Positions 41,830-56,471 of a stretch of DNA of 64,000 bases are shown here, in pieces. The notes beneath the pieces were generated by a model. That model saw only the letters and a list, made by a program, of their open reading frames with translations, was not told the origin of the DNA and ran no database searches. Position 1 is the first letter of the stretch. Every line of letters starts with the position of its first letter. The position numbers were made by a program, and so were the translations under genes. Source of the stretch: Macrostomum lignano (Eukaryota); contig NIVC01000586.1 of NCBI GenBank assembly GCA_002269645.1, forward strand, positions 1 through 64,000. The letters are read 5' to 3'.

Positions 41830-44800
41830 CTTGACTTAGCTGCAGGGCTGTCCCGGAGGGGACACAGCGGGAAGGCGCGGGCGCCCATTCCGCTAGTCCC
41901 TGAACGGCCGACGCGTCGCTATGGACGGAGGGTTGGCGCCGCCCAGGGAGGTCCCCCAGTGTCGCTAGCAGCTATGGTGCTCTCTGGAAAGGAGAGTTCA
42001 GCCCTGCGGGTGGCCCGAAGGTAGCGCATGAGCTGATTAAAGTTTTCGGGTTTGCACGCTTCAGTAATAGATGTGTGTGGCCCGAGGTAAGTGAGTCTGG
42101 CCCGCGTGAAGGCGGGACAGATGCTGACGAAATGCTCAGCGGTTTCGTCACCTGAGTTGCAGAAACTACAGGTGGCGTTGGTGGCGTTGCCCTGCAGGTA
42201 CTGGTGCCTGGAGAAGCAGCCGTGACCAGAGAGGGTCATGGTGGCAGCCCGGATGTCTCTGCGCGAGAGGCGCAAGAGGAGCTTCCGGAGCTGGTGAGAG
42301 GGCTGAGGGACAGCGCCTCTGGATTGCCTGCAGTTCGTGCGGTTCGCCCAAGTCGAGCGGTGCTGAGTCCTGATCCACGCTTTGATGCGCGAGTCGATGA
42401 CACAGCCAGGAATCGGGACAAGAGGTTCGGGGCCGAGAGAGGAGCCGGAGGCACCAACTTTTGCAAGGGTGTCAGCCAACTCATTTCCTCGGATCCCCAC
42501 ATGCCCCGGAACCCACTTAAGGGTAATTTTGTTGGCGGAACCCAACACATTGAGGAGTTTGATACAGTCAAGGACTGTAGCAGAGTTGGTGCTGCAGCCA
42601 CTGATGGCGTGCAAGGCAGCTTGGCTGTCCGAATGGAAAATGATGTTCTTATCAGTAACGCCAGTGGCGAGAAGCTCTGCAGTGCAGGAGCTGATGGCCA
42701 GAACTTCATTTTGGAAAACACTGGAGTTGACCCCAGTGTATTGAGCGTGGGTAGCGATGACCCTCCCGTTCAGAAAGATTCCAACACCAAAGCCGGTGTT
42801 GGCTGACTGCTTAGAACCGTCGGTGTAGCAATGAAGCTCACCAGGGTTCCAATGGTCATTGATGTTATCGCGCGAGTCGATAGCTACGGAGTAGCGCTGT
42901 CTCAGGTTGAGCGTTGAGGCAATGCCATCGGTGAAGACGCGATTGGCCTGACACTCGTTGAGAAAGTTGAGGCACAGGTGCTCTAGCAGGTGCTCTCATG
43001 TAAATGAATTTGACGCCGGCATCAATTAGACGCCGCGTCGTTCTAGCCGCCTCACCCCTGATGAAGAGGTCAAGAGGCGGAAGATTAAGGAAGGCCCCCA
43101 TGCCAGCAAAGGGCGTGGACCTGGTGGCGTTGCAGATGAGCCTACACGCTCTGCCTTGGATCGTGTTGAGCAGGTCTGCATGGCTTTTGACCTGGGTAGC
43201 GCTAACCCAGACAACAGAGGCGTACGTAATGGCAGGTCTAACTACGGAAGTATAGATCCACCAAAGCCGCTTTGGGGATAGACCCCAAGAAGTGCCAAGT
43301 GCTCGTCGGAGCTGGGCCAGGATGGCTGAGGCACGCTTGGCTTTTGCTTTCACGTGGAAGGACCAGTTGAGCCGGTGGTCAAGTGTGACCCCGAGACATC
43401 TGGTCTGGTGCGCGAAGGCAATATCTCTGCCGTAGAGCTGCAGAGGACGTATGTTCCAGCGTAGTCTGCTGGTAAACATAATGGCAACGGTTTTGGGCTC
43501 AGAGAGTTCAAGACCATTGTCATTGGCCCAGGATTCTGCTTTGCGGATAAAGCTCTGCATCAGATCCCTGAGCGTGCTGGGAGACGGTCCTGCCACAATG
43601 GCCGTGACGTCATCAGCATACCCGACTTTGAAGACGGGGTCGGGTCGGGAGTCACTCAAAAGAGCGTCCATGACCAGGTTCCAGAGCGTCGGGGTGAGGA
43701 CTCCGCCTTGGGGTCCACCCTTACAGACTCTGGTGGAGGCAGTTTGCCCAAGAAGTTGGGCAGTGACCGTACGGTTGGAGATCATGTACATGATCCACCG
43801 TATGAGGGTAGCATGAGCTTTGCGATTTTGAAGGGCCCTCTGAAACGCTTCAAAGATAACGTTGTCGAAGGCGCCAACAATGTCAAGAAAGAGAGCCAGA
43901 GCGTAACCGTCACCCAGTACCGCCCTTTCAATCTTCTCGACAATCGCATGCAGGGCGCTGTCAGTCGACCTCCCGGTGCGGAAGGCGTGCTGATTATTGC
44001 TGAGGGGCATCGCTGTCAGCTCGCAGGACAGCAGCCGCCAGAGAATAAGCCTCTCAGTGAGCTTAAGCATTGCTGACGTTAAGCTAATAGGCCGGAAGGC
44101 CTTGACGCTTTGGTAGTCACCCATCCCAGGTTTGGGAATAAAGACTACCCGAGCTTCAGTCCAGAATTTGGGAACGTATCCCAGCTGGATAGAGGCCCGC
44201 ATGAGATTGCGGGTGAGTCTCAGGAACGAGGGTATCTTGGCTGCTTCACGAAGGAGAACAGGGTAGATACCATCAGGTCCAGGAGATTTGAAGGGTTTGA
44301 AGGTTCTGACCGCACGAGCGATTAGGTCTTCAGTGACAATGCCCGCCGCTAGGGTGGCTCCATCCATCGAATGGTTGGGCTCCGGTCTAGCAGTAGGTAC
44401 CCTCGGGAAGAATGTGCTAAGCATATGCTGAAGCACTTCTTCAGGGTCTTTAGTAAGAGAGCCATCATCTTTTTTGATCATGGCTAATTTGGACATTTTG
44501 TCCATTGTAAGGGCCTTGACAAGCCTAGAAGTAGGTCTGTCTTGATCCAATTCATTGCAGAATTGGCGCCACTTACATTCCTTGGCCTTGCGCACTTCAG
44601 ATTTGAAATTGCGGGAGGCTTGCCGGAAAAGCTCCATGTCCTCCGGGTTTCCGGTCTTCATGGCACGGCGATGAAGGCTTTTGGCCTTCCGCCTGAGTTT
44701 CCCCAGCTCCGGGTTCCACCACGGCGCCGAGGTCTTGCCTTTGTAGGCGCGAGCAGGACAAGCCGCTTCGTAGGCTTCAATAATGCAACCTGTCAGCGTC

Positions 44801-45259
44801 TCAGCCATATGATCCACATCCTCGCAGGTCTCAATCGGACGTAAGTCCGTGAGTTCCTGCAGGTGCAGATCAAGGGCAGCCTTGTAGGCCGCCCAATCAG
44901 TGTTGCGGATATTGCGTCTCCAAGTGATCGGAGACTGGGTTTTAGTGTCCGCGATGTTAAAGGCGATAAAGCAGTGGTCAGACAGGGAGGGCTCCTCAGA
45001 CCAGACTCTCCACTCCTCAACTCTGTCAAAGAGTCTTGGGGTAACGAGTGTGGCGTCGAGGACCTCGGTCCATCTGCCATTATTAAAGGTAGGAGTGCTG
45101 CCGCGGTTGCAGAGCATGAGGTTTGTGTTAGAGATGAGGGCCAGAAGCTCCTCTCCTCTAGTGTTGGTATCTTTGCTGCCCCAGTGCTTGTGGTGCGCGT
45201 TGAGGTCGCCCCCTAAGCACAGCTCAGCGTTCTGGGACTCGCAGTATTGCGCGAGGCCC
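41830..45259 (-). mobile_element. 5'-truncated non-LTR retrotransposon (partial AP endonuclease, RT, RNase H), LOA/Lian-like
   Basis: APE C-terminal motifs GGDLNAHHKHWGS, TPTF and SLSDHCFI. RT motifs KSPGPDG, FRPISLTS, FLDIVGAFD, GGPQGGVLTP and YADD. After a frameshift at ~42975 the RNase H reads CYTDGS...VFQNEVLAI...SDSQAAL...WVPGHVGIRGNELAD. Stop at 41919; ~90-bp 3' UTR. Confidence 0.93.
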
Positions 45260-45917
<658 letters not shown>

Positions 45918-47064
45918 TCTCTTTGCACCTGACAGGCAGACAAGAACACACTGGGTTAAGCTGATGTTACCCGCTTGAAAGCATTGCATTGTGCAGCTCC
46001 ACTCCAAGGCCGCATCGTGTTTTCTGCCTTTGAGAATTGTGAAATCTGGGCTGCGCGAGAAGGCGGCCTCTCAGCCTCTGCCGTGTCTTTCAAAAGCCGA
46101 AGACTGAGCAGAGCAGCAGTGGGACTCAAGACAACAATGGCTTTACAGGTGCTGGCAAGTTGAGAGGAGGTGGCGATGAGAGCGGAAGACAATGCAGGAC
46201 TGCCCCGCCCTGAGCTGCAGCAGACGCCAAGCAACTCAAAGACTGCTGCGGGACTCGCGAGCAATGCGCGACTGGAAGGAATTGCAGAGTGGGAGAAAAA
46301 GTGAGATGGAGAGAGGGGGCGGTGCGACCCTGCGGGGCGCCATGGGAAAGCCGCAAACTGTTGCTCTTTCTTCCCAAATCTTTTCCGGGGAGACATCCAG
46401 CTTCTCCCGGCTTTTTCTTCATCATCACCCGCAGACTCACCGGGGGCTGGGAGAACCGGGCTGACTGCAGGGGATAAGACAGTCAACTTCCCCTCCTTAC
46501 TCAAATTGGTTCCTAAAACATTTCCCTACATGTGCATCGTATTGGAGAGTGAAGCCAGATAGCTGAAGTCCATGGATTTCGTTAGATCTGAAATCTGGAT
46601 TGGAAGCTCAAAGCCTCCAGCTTGCAATCCAGAGAATTCTTGCCCAAAGGTGCTCCATGGTGCGAACCTCAGCCAACAAAATCACTCCAGTTAAGGTGCA
46701 ACGCTTGCAAATCCCAAACTAACTTGGCTCCGTCTCTCAGTCCAAAAATCATCCCAGTTATCCCTGTCTGCCCACCTCTATACTCAAGTCAGCACTCAGT
46801 GGACTGACTAACAGAAAGACTCAGAGCAGTTTTCAGTCCTCCAAAAACCAGCTGGAGTCTCTTCTGCTCTGCGGGAGGTCGGAGCCAGAGAGAGAGAGAG
46901 ATGAAGCAAGCAGACCTCATGCAGAATCCCGTGTTTGGCTTTTGCTACAACCGTGCTTAGAAAGGCTGCATGTGATGGAGCATGGGCTAATTGGCTTCTT
47001 TTCCCAGAATTTTTTTTTTCGGGAATGAAATGAGAGCTTCTGTAACCTCATCGATCTTCTGAGA

Positions 47065-50000
47065 TCTATGAGATGGAGGGTGAGATCCGTGAGAGATGGA
47101 GGGTGAGATCTGTGAGAGATGGAGGTTGAGATCCGTGAGAGATGGAGGGTGAGATCTGTGAGAGATGGAGGGTGAGATCTGTGAGAGATGGAGGTTGAGA
47201 TCCGTGAGAGATGGAGGGTGAGATCTGTGAGAGATTGAGGGTGAGATCTGTGAGAGATTGAGGGTGAGATCTGTGAGAGATGGAGGGTGAGATCTGTGAG
47301 AGATGGAGGGTGAGATCTGTGAGAGATGGAGGGTGAGATCTGTGAGAGATGGAGGGTGAGATCTGTGAGAGATGGAGGGTGAGATCCGTGAGAGATGGAG
47401 GGTGAGATCCGTGAGAGATTGAGGGTGAGATCTGTGAGAGATGGAGGGTGAGATCCGTGAGAGATGGAGGGTGAGATCTGTGAGAGATGGAGGGTGAGAT
47501 CTGTGAGAGATTGAGGGTGAGATCTGAGAGAGATGGAGGGTGAGATCTGTGAGAGATTGAGGGTGAGATCTGTGAGAGATTGAGGGTGAGATCTGTGAGA
47601 GATGGAGGGTGAGATCCGTGAGAGATTGAGGGTGAGATCTGTGAGAGATGGAGGGTGAGATCTGTGAGAGATGGAGGGTGAGATCCGTGAGAGATGGAGG
47701 GTGAGATCTGTGAGAGATGGAGGTTGAGATCCGTGAGAGATGGAGGGTGAGATCTGTGAGAGATGGAGGGTGAGATCTGTGAGAGATGGAGGTTGAGATC
47801 CGTGAGAGATGGAGGGTGAGATCTGTGAGAGATTGAGGGTGAGATCTGTGAGAGATGGAGGGTGAGATCTGTGAGAGATGGAGGGTGAGATCCGTGAGAG
47901 ATTGAGGGTGAGATCTGTGAGAGATGGAGGGTGAGATCCGTGAAAGATGGAGAGTGAGATCTGTGAGAGATTGAGGGTGAGATCTGTGAGAGATTGAGGG
48001 TGAGATCTGTGAGAGATGGAGAATGAGATCTGTGAGAGATTGAGGGTGAGATCTGTGAGAGATGGAGGTTGAGATCCGTGAGAGATGGAGGGTGAGATCT
48101 GTGAGAGATGGAGGGTGAGATCTGTGAGAGATGGAGGTTGAGATCCGTGAGAGATGGAGGGTGAGATCTGTGAGAGATTGAGGGTGAGATCTGTGAGAGA
48201 TTGAGGGTGAGATCTGTGAGAGATGGAGGGTGAGATCCGTGAGAGATTGAGGGTGAGATCTGTGAGAGATGGAGGGTGAGATCCGTGAAAGATGGAGAGT
48301 GAGATCTGTGAGAGATGGAGGGTGAGATCTGTGAGAGATTGAGGGTGAGATCTGTGAGAGATGGAGAATGAGATCTGTGAGAGATTGAGGGTGAGATCTG
48401 TGAGAGATGGAGGGTGAGATCCGTGAGAGATGGAGGGTGAGATCCGTGAGAGATTGAGGGTGAGATCCGTGAGAGATGGAGGGTGAGATCTGTGAGAGAT
48501 GGAGGGTGAGATCCGTGAGAGATGGAGGGTGAGATCCGTGAGAGATTGAGGGTGAGATCTGTGAGAGATGGAGGGTGAGATCTGTGAGAGATGGAGGGTG
48601 AGATCCGTGAGAGATGGAGGGTGAGATCCGTGAGAGATTGAGGGTGAGATCTGTGAGAGATGGAGGGTGAGATCCGTGAGAGATGGAGGGTGAGATCTGT
48701 GAGAGATGGAGGGTGAGATCTGTGAGAGATTGAGGGTGAGATCTGAGAGAGATGGAGGGTGAGATCTGTGAGAGATGGAGGGTGAGATCTGTGAGAGATG
48801 GAGGGTGAGATCTGTGAGAGATGGAGGGTGAGATCCGTGAGAGATTGAGGGTGAGATCTGTGAGAGATGGAGGGTGAGATCTGTGAGAGATGGAGGGTGA
48901 GATCCGTGAGAGATGGAGGGTGAGATCTGTGAGAGATGGAGGTTGAGATCCGTGAGAGATGGAGGGTGAGATCTGTGAGAGATGGAGGGTGAGATCTGTG
49001 AGAGATGGAGGTTGAGATCCGTGAGAGATGGAGGGTGAGATCTGTGAGAGATTAAGGGTGAGATCTGTGAGAGATTGAGGGTGAGATCTGTGAGAGATGG
49101 AGGGTGAGATCTGTGAGAGATGGAGGGTGAGATCTGTGAGAGATGGAGGGTGAGATCTGTGAGAGATTGAGGGTGAGATCTGTGAGAGATGGAGGGTGAG
49201 ATCCGTGAGAGATGGAGGGTGAGATCCGTGAGAGATTGAGGGTGAGATCTGTGAGAGATGGAGGGTGAGATCCGTGAGAGATGGAGGGTGAGATCTGTGA
49301 GAGATGGAGGGTGAGATCTGTGAGAGATTGAGGGTGAGATCTGAGAGAGATGGAGGGTGAGATCTGTGAGAGATTGAGGGTGAGATCTGTGAGAGATTGA
49401 GGGTGAGATCTGTGAGAGATGGAGGGTGAGATCCGTGAGAGATTGAGGGTGAGATCTGTGAGAGATGGAGGGTGAGATCTGTGAGAGATGGAGGGTGAGA
49501 TCCGTGAGAGATGGAGGGTGAGATCTGTGAGAGATGGAGGTTGAGATCCGTGAGAGATGGAGGGTGAGATCTGTGAGAGATGGAGGGTGAGATCTGTGAG
49601 AGATGGAGGTTGAGATCCGTGAGAGATGGAGGGTGAGATCTGTGAGAGATTGAGGGTGAGATCTGTGAGAGATGGAGGGTGAGATCTGTGAGAGATTGAG
49701 GGTGAGATCTGAGAGAGATGGAGGGTGAGATCTGTGAGAGATTGAGGGTAAGATCTGTGAGAGATTGAGGGTGAGATCTGTGAGAGATGGAGGGTGAGAT
49801 CCGTGAGAGATTGAGGGTGAGATCTGTGAGAGATGGAGGGTGAGATCTGTGAGAGATGGAGGGTGAGATCCGTGAGAGATGGAGGGTGAGATCTGTGAGA
49901 GATGGAGGTTGAGATCCGTGAGAGATGGAGGGTGAGATCTGTGAGAGATGGAGGGTGAGATCTGTGAGAGATGGAGGTTGAGATCCGTGAGAGATGGAGG

Positions 50001-52915
50001 GTGAGATCTGTGAGAGATTGAGGGTGAGATCTGTGAGAGATTGAGGGTGAGATCTGTGAGAGATGGAGGGTGAGATCCGTGAGAGATTGAGGGTGAGATC
50101 TGTGAGAGATGGAGGGTGAGATCCGTGAAAGATGGAGAGTGAGATCTGTGAGAGATGGAGGGTGAGATCTGTGAGAGATTGAGGGTGAGATCTGTGAGAG
50201 ATGGAGAATGAGATCTGTGAGAGATTGAGGGTGAGATCTGTGAGAGATGGAGGGTGAGATCCGTGAGAGATGGAGGGTGAGATCCGTGAGAGATTGAGGG
50301 TGAGATCCGTGAGAGATGGAGGGTGAGATCTGTGAGAGATGGAGGGTGAGATCCGTGAGAGATGGAGGGTGAGATCCGTGAGAGATTGAGGGTGAGATCT
50401 GTGAGAGATGGAGGGTGAGATCTGTGAGAGATGGAGGGTGAGATCCGTGAGAGATGGAGGGTGAGATCCGTGAGAGATTGAGGGTGAGATCTGTGAGAGA
50501 TGGAGGGTGAGATCCGTGAGAGATGGAGGGTGAGATCTGTGAGAGATGGAGGGTGAGATCTGTGAGAGATTGAGGGTGAGATCTGAGAGAGATGGAGGGT
50601 GAGATCTGTGAGAGATGGAGGGTGAGATCTGTGAGAGATGGAGGGTGAGATCTGTGAGAGATGGAGGGTGAGATCCGTGAGAGATTGAGGGTGAGATCTG
50701 TGAGAGATGGAGGGTGAGATCTGTGAGAGATGGAGGGTGAGATCCGTGAGAGATGGAGGGTGAGATCTGTGAGAGATGGAGGTTGAGATCCGTGAGAGAT
50801 GGAGGGTGAGATCTGTGAGAGATGGAGGGTGAGATCTGTGAGAGATGGAGGTTGAGATCCGTGAGAGATGGAGGGTGAGATCTGTGAGAGATTGAGGGTG
50901 AGATCTGTGAGAGATTGAGGGTGAGATCTGTGAGAGATGGAGGGTGAGATCTGTGAGAGATGGAGGGTGAGATCTGTGAGAGATGGAGGGTGAGATCTGT
51001 GAGAGATGGAGGGTGAGATCTGTGAGAGATGGAGGGTGAGATCCGTGAGAGATGGAGGGTGAGATCCGTGAGAGATTGAGGGTGAGATCTGTGAGAGATG
51101 GAGGGTGAGATCCGTGAGAGATGGAGGGTGAGATCTGTGAGAGATGGAGGGTGAGATCTGTGAGAGATTGAGGGTGAGATCTGTGAGAGATGGAGGGTGA
51201 GATCTGTGAGAGATTGAGGGTGAGATCTGTGAGAGATTGAGGGTGAGATCTGTGAGAGATGGAGGGTGAGATCCGTGAGAGATTGAGGGTGAGATCTGTG
51301 AGAGATGGAGGGTGAGATCTGTGAGAGATGGAGGGTGAGATCCGTGAGAGATGGAGGGTGAGATCTGTGAGAGATGGAGGTTGAGATCCGTGAGAGATGG
51401 AGGGTGAGATCTGTGAGAGATGGAGGGTGAGATCTGTGAGAGATGGAGGTTGAGATCCGTGAGAGATGGAGGGTGAGATCTGTGAGAGATTGAGGGTGAG
51501 ATCTGTGAGAGATGGAGGGTGAGATCTGTGAGAGATGGAGGGTGAGATCCGTGAGAGATTGAGGGTGAGATCTGTGAGAGATGGAGGGTGAGATCCGTGA
51601 AAGATGGAGAGTGAGATCTGTGAGAGATTGAGGGTGAGATCTGTGAGAGATTGAGGGTGAGATCTGTGAGAGATGGAGAATGAGATCTGTGAGAGATTGA
51701 GGGTGAGATCTGTGAGAGATGGAGGGTGAGATCCGTGAGAGATGGAGGGTGAGATCCGTGAGAGATTGAGGGTGAGATCCGTGAGAGATGGAGGGTGAGA
51801 TCTGTGAGAGATTGAGGGTGAGATCCGTGAGAGATGGAGGGTGAGATCCGTGAGAGATTGAGGGTGAGATCTGTGAGAGATGGAGGGTGAGATCTGTGAG
51901 AGATGGAGGGTGAGATCCGTGAGAGATGGAGGGTGAGATCCGTGAGAGATTGAGGGTGAGATCTGTGAGAGATGGAGGGTGAGATCCGTGAGAGATGGAG
52001 GGTGAGATCTGTGAGAGATGGAGAATGAGATCTGTGAGAGATTGAGGGTGAGATCTGAGAGAGATGGAGGGTGAGATCTGTGAGAGATGGAGGGTGAGAT
52101 CTGTGAGAGATGGAGGGTGAGATCTGTGAGAGATGGAGGGTGAGATCCGTGAGAGATTGAGGGTGAGATCTGTGAGAGATGGAGGGTGAGATCTGTGAGA
52201 GATGGAGGGTGAGATCCGTGAGAGATGGAGGGTGAGATCTGTGAGAGATGGAGGTTGAGATCCGTGAGAGATGGAGGGTGAGATCTGTGAGAGATGGAGG
52301 GTGAGATCTGTGAGAGATGGAGGTTGAGATCCGTGAGAGATGGAGGGTGAGATCTGTGAGAGATGGAGGGTGAGATCTGTGAGAGATTGAGGGTGAGATC
52401 TGTGAGAGATGGAGGGTGAGATCTGTGAGAGATGGAGGGTGAGATCTGTGAGAGATGGAGGGTGAGATCTGTGAGAGATGGAGGGTGAGATCTGTGAGAG
52501 ATGGAGGGTGAGATCTGTGAGAGATGGAGGGTGAGATCTGTGAGAGATAGAGGGTGAGATCTGTGAGAGATGGAGGGTGAGATCTGTGAGAGATGGAGGG
52601 TGAGATCTGTGAGAGATGGAGGGTGAGATCTGTGAGAGATAGAGGGTGAGATCTGTGAGAGATGGAGGGTGAGATCTGTGAGAGATGGAGGGTGAGATCT
52701 GTGAGAGATGGAGGGTGAGATCTGTGAGAGATAGAGGGTGAGATCTGTGAGAGATGGAGGGTGAGATCTGTGAGAGATAGAGGGTGAGATCTGAGAGAGA
52801 TAGAGGGTGAGATCTGAGAGAGATAGAGGGTAAGATCTGAGAGATGGAGGGTGAGAGCTGTGAGAAATGGAGGGTGGCGATCTGTCAGAAATAGAGGGTG
52901 AGATTTATGAGATCT
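47065..52915. repeat. 5.8-kb 23-bp minisatellite (gagggtgagatctgtgagagatg) with an internal 1840-bp duplication
   Basis: Period 23. Rare variants recur at +1840 (48286/50126, 48361/50201, 48741/50581). Confidence 0.97.
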
Positions 52916-53554
52916 GTGAGCTATGAGATCTCACTTCTCATCTCTCATATATCACACCCCCAATATTTAATAAATCTTACTTATAATTTGTTATAAACGT
53001 ACGAGACTGGCGCCCTGCATCGAAGCTCATCAGAGAAGCGAGATGTTGCGAGAAACCAGAGTAAAAGTTGAAAAATAATTGCTAGATGAGGCTCATTTAA
53101 AAAGATTATTAATTGAGAGGAACAGTGGGAAGCGAAACCCCCACAAGGCTTGGCGAAAGCAGAGCTCTGGGCACAGAAACTTGGCGGAACCATCTGGAGA
53201 GCGCGAAAGCAAATTTCTAGTCTATTTAGCTGAAGAAAAAAGCAATTCTTCTGCTCAAAATCTGCTTGAACAGGCCGAAGAAATTAAAGGCTGGAGTCTG
53301 AAATCCCCCGCGTGGCAAACATCTGGTTGGCGAGGGGCTGCAGACACGGCACTGTGTGCCCGATCTTTTGTTCCACACAGCATCATCATTTCGGTTTAAA
53401 AAACTCGATGAAACTTCTCTCTGCGAGTGACAGCGATTCGCTTGATATGGGCGACTGTTTAATAACTTATTGGGGCGAAATTGTTGTATAAGCCACTGTG
53501 GCAGTCAACTGCTTCTTTCACAAAGTATAGTAGCCAGGCGTGAGGCCAATCTGA

Positions 53555-55770
53555 GATCCCAATCTGCAGTGTCTGTATCCCAATCTGCAGTGTCTATATC
53601 CCAATCTGCAGTGTCTATATCCCAATCTACAGTGTCTATATCCCAATCTGCAGTGTCTGTATCCCAATCTGCAGTGTCTATATCCCAATCTGCAGTGTCT
53701 ATATCAAAATCTGCAGTGTCTGTATCCCAATCTGCAGTGTCTATATCCCAATCTGCAGTGTCTATATCCCAAACTGCAGTGTCTATATCCCAAACTGCAG
53801 TGTCTATATCCCAATCTGCAGTGTCTATATCCCAATATGCAGTGTCTATATCCCAATCTGCAGTGTCTGTATCCCAATCTGCACTGTCTATATCCCAATA
53901 TGCAGTGTCTATATCCCAATCTGCAGTGTCTGCATACCAATCTGCAGTGTCTATATCCCAATCTGCAGTGTCTATATCCCAATCTGCAGTGTCTGCATAC
54001 CAATCTGCAGTGTCTATATCCCAATCTGCAGTGTCTATATCCCAATCTGCAGTGTCTATATCCCAATATGCAGTGTCTATATCCCAATCTGCAGTGTCTA
54101 TATCCCATTCTGTAGTGTCTGTATCCCAATCTGTAGTGTCTATATCCCAATCTGTAGTGTCTATATCCCAATCTGTATCCCAATTCGCAGTGTCTATATC
54201 CCAATCTGCAGTGTCTGTATCCCAATCTGCACTGTCTATATCCCAATATGCAGTGTCTATTTCCCAATCTGCAGTGTCTGCATACCAATCTGCAGTGTCT
54301 ATATCCCAATCTGCAGTGTCTATATCCCAATCTGCAGTGTTTGCATACCAATCTGCAGTGTCTATATCCCAATCTGCAGTGTCTATATCCCATTCTGTAG
54401 TGTCTATATCCCGATCTGTAGTGTCTATATCCCAATCTGCAGTGTCTATATCCCAATATGCAGTGTCTATATCCCAATCTGCAGTGTCTATATCCCATTC
54501 TGTAGTGTCTATATCCCGATCTGTAGTGTCTGTATCCCAATATGCAGTGTCTATATCCCAATCTGTAGTGTCTATATCCCAATCTGTAGTGTCTGTATCC
54601 CAATCTGTAGTGTCTATATCCCAATCTGTAGTGTCTATATCCCAATCTGTAGTGTCTGTATCCCAATCTGTAGTGTCTATATCCCAATCTGTAGTGTCTA
54701 TATCCCAATCTGTAGTGTCTGTATCCCAATCTGTAGTGTCTATATCCCAATCTGTAGTGTCTGTATCCCAATCTGTAGTGTCTATATCCCAATCTGTAGT
54801 GTCTGTATCCCAATATGCAGTGTCTATATCCCAATCTGTAGTGTCTATATCCCAATCTGTAGTGTCTGTATCCCAATCTGTAGTGTCTATATCCCAATCT
54901 GTAGTGTCTATATCCCAATCTGTAGTGTCTGTATCCCAATCTGTAGTGTCTATATCCCAATCTGTAGTGTCTATATCCCAATCTGTAGTGTCTGTATCCC
55001 AATCTGTAGTGTCTATATCCCAATCTGTAGTGTCTATATCCCAATCTGTAGTGTCTATATCCCAATCTGTATCCTAATTCGCAGTGTCTATATCCCAATT
55101 CGCAGTGTCTATATCCCAATTCGCAGTGTCTATATCCCAATCTGTAGTGTCTATATCCCAATCTGTAGTGTCTATATCCCAATCTGCAGTGTCTATATCC
55201 CAATCTGTAGTGCTATATCCCAATTCGCAGTGTCTATATCCCAATCTGTAGTGTCTATATCCCAATCTGTAGTGTCTATATCCCAATCTGCAGTGTCTAT
55301 ATCCCAATCTGTAGTGTCTATATCCCAATCTGTATCCTAATTCGCAGTGTCTATATCCCAATTCGCAGTGTCTATATCCCAATCTGTAGTGTCTATATCC
55401 CAATCTGTAGTGTCTATATCCCAATCTGTAGTGTCTATATCCCAATCTGTATCCTAATTCGCAGTGTCTATATCCCAATTCGCAGTGTCTATATCCCAAT
55501 TCGCAGTGTCTATATCCCAATTCGCAGTGTCTATATCCCAATTCGCAGTGTCTATATCCCAATTCGCAGTGTCTATATCCCAATTCGCAGTGTCTATATC
55601 CCAATTCGCAGTGTCTATATCCCAATTCGCAGTGTCTATATCCCAATTCGCAGTGTCTATATCCCAATTCGCAGTGTCTATATCCCAATCTTCAGTGTCT
55701 ATATCCCAATCCGCAGTGTCTGTATCCCAATCTGCAGTGTCCCATATGTCCATATGTCCCAATCTGCAGG
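53555..55770. repeat. 21-bp minisatellite (cccaatctgcagtgtctatat and variants)
   Basis: Directly visible. Produces spurious 200-535 aa ORFs. Confidence 0.97.
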
Positions 55771-56471
55771 TGTCAATATCAAGATAGTTGCTACGTAAGT
55801 TAAGGAAGAAAGTTAAACCAATTAGATTTGCATTTTGCAGCCGTGATGCTCAAAAAAGGACAATATAGTTCAGTTTAAGCAATTTTATTAACCTAAATTT
55901 TGCACCTGGCAATATTGTGCATCTGTAACACAGAAATAATAAATCAAGTTATTACAGCATGATAAGGGTAGCGCGAATATCCAGTTTATAAATTACAATA
56001 CACAGTCCTGATGAAGCTGCTCACTCCAGTTGAGCAAATTCCGACACACAGATCCTTATGAAATCCTTATAAGTTTACAATAAAAACCACTATTTGCAGA
56101 AAATAACAAAAAATGGTGCATAAAATTTCTGTGAAGGGAAAGCGGAAGGAATGCTTTATATGCTACTGCTAGGAATAAGATAAAAAAGATATTCTTGTTA
56201 AAGATGAATGTCAAGTGGTTTCACAGCCAGTGTGTGAGAGTATAGCCTAGCTGTTTTGCTAACTATAATCTGTCTTAGATAAATGCTTGCATCATTGATA
56301 TTTTCATACGCTTAGACTTTAACATAAAATTCGGATTAGCCTACTGGTAACGATTCGGTCAGTAGAAAACTAGGGATTTTGCTAGCTTTATTTAACAAGA
56401 AAATAAAAAAACAGAAAATGTAACAGTACAAACTTTATGAAGAAAAACAATGATTTCAGCCTCATCACTGC

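Noticed and set aside
53470-55787. Long ORFs (535, 499, 204 aa) resembling repetitive structural proteins
   Set aside because: They are translations of a 21-bp minisatellite that is stop-free in several frames on both strands; no ATG context or splice support.
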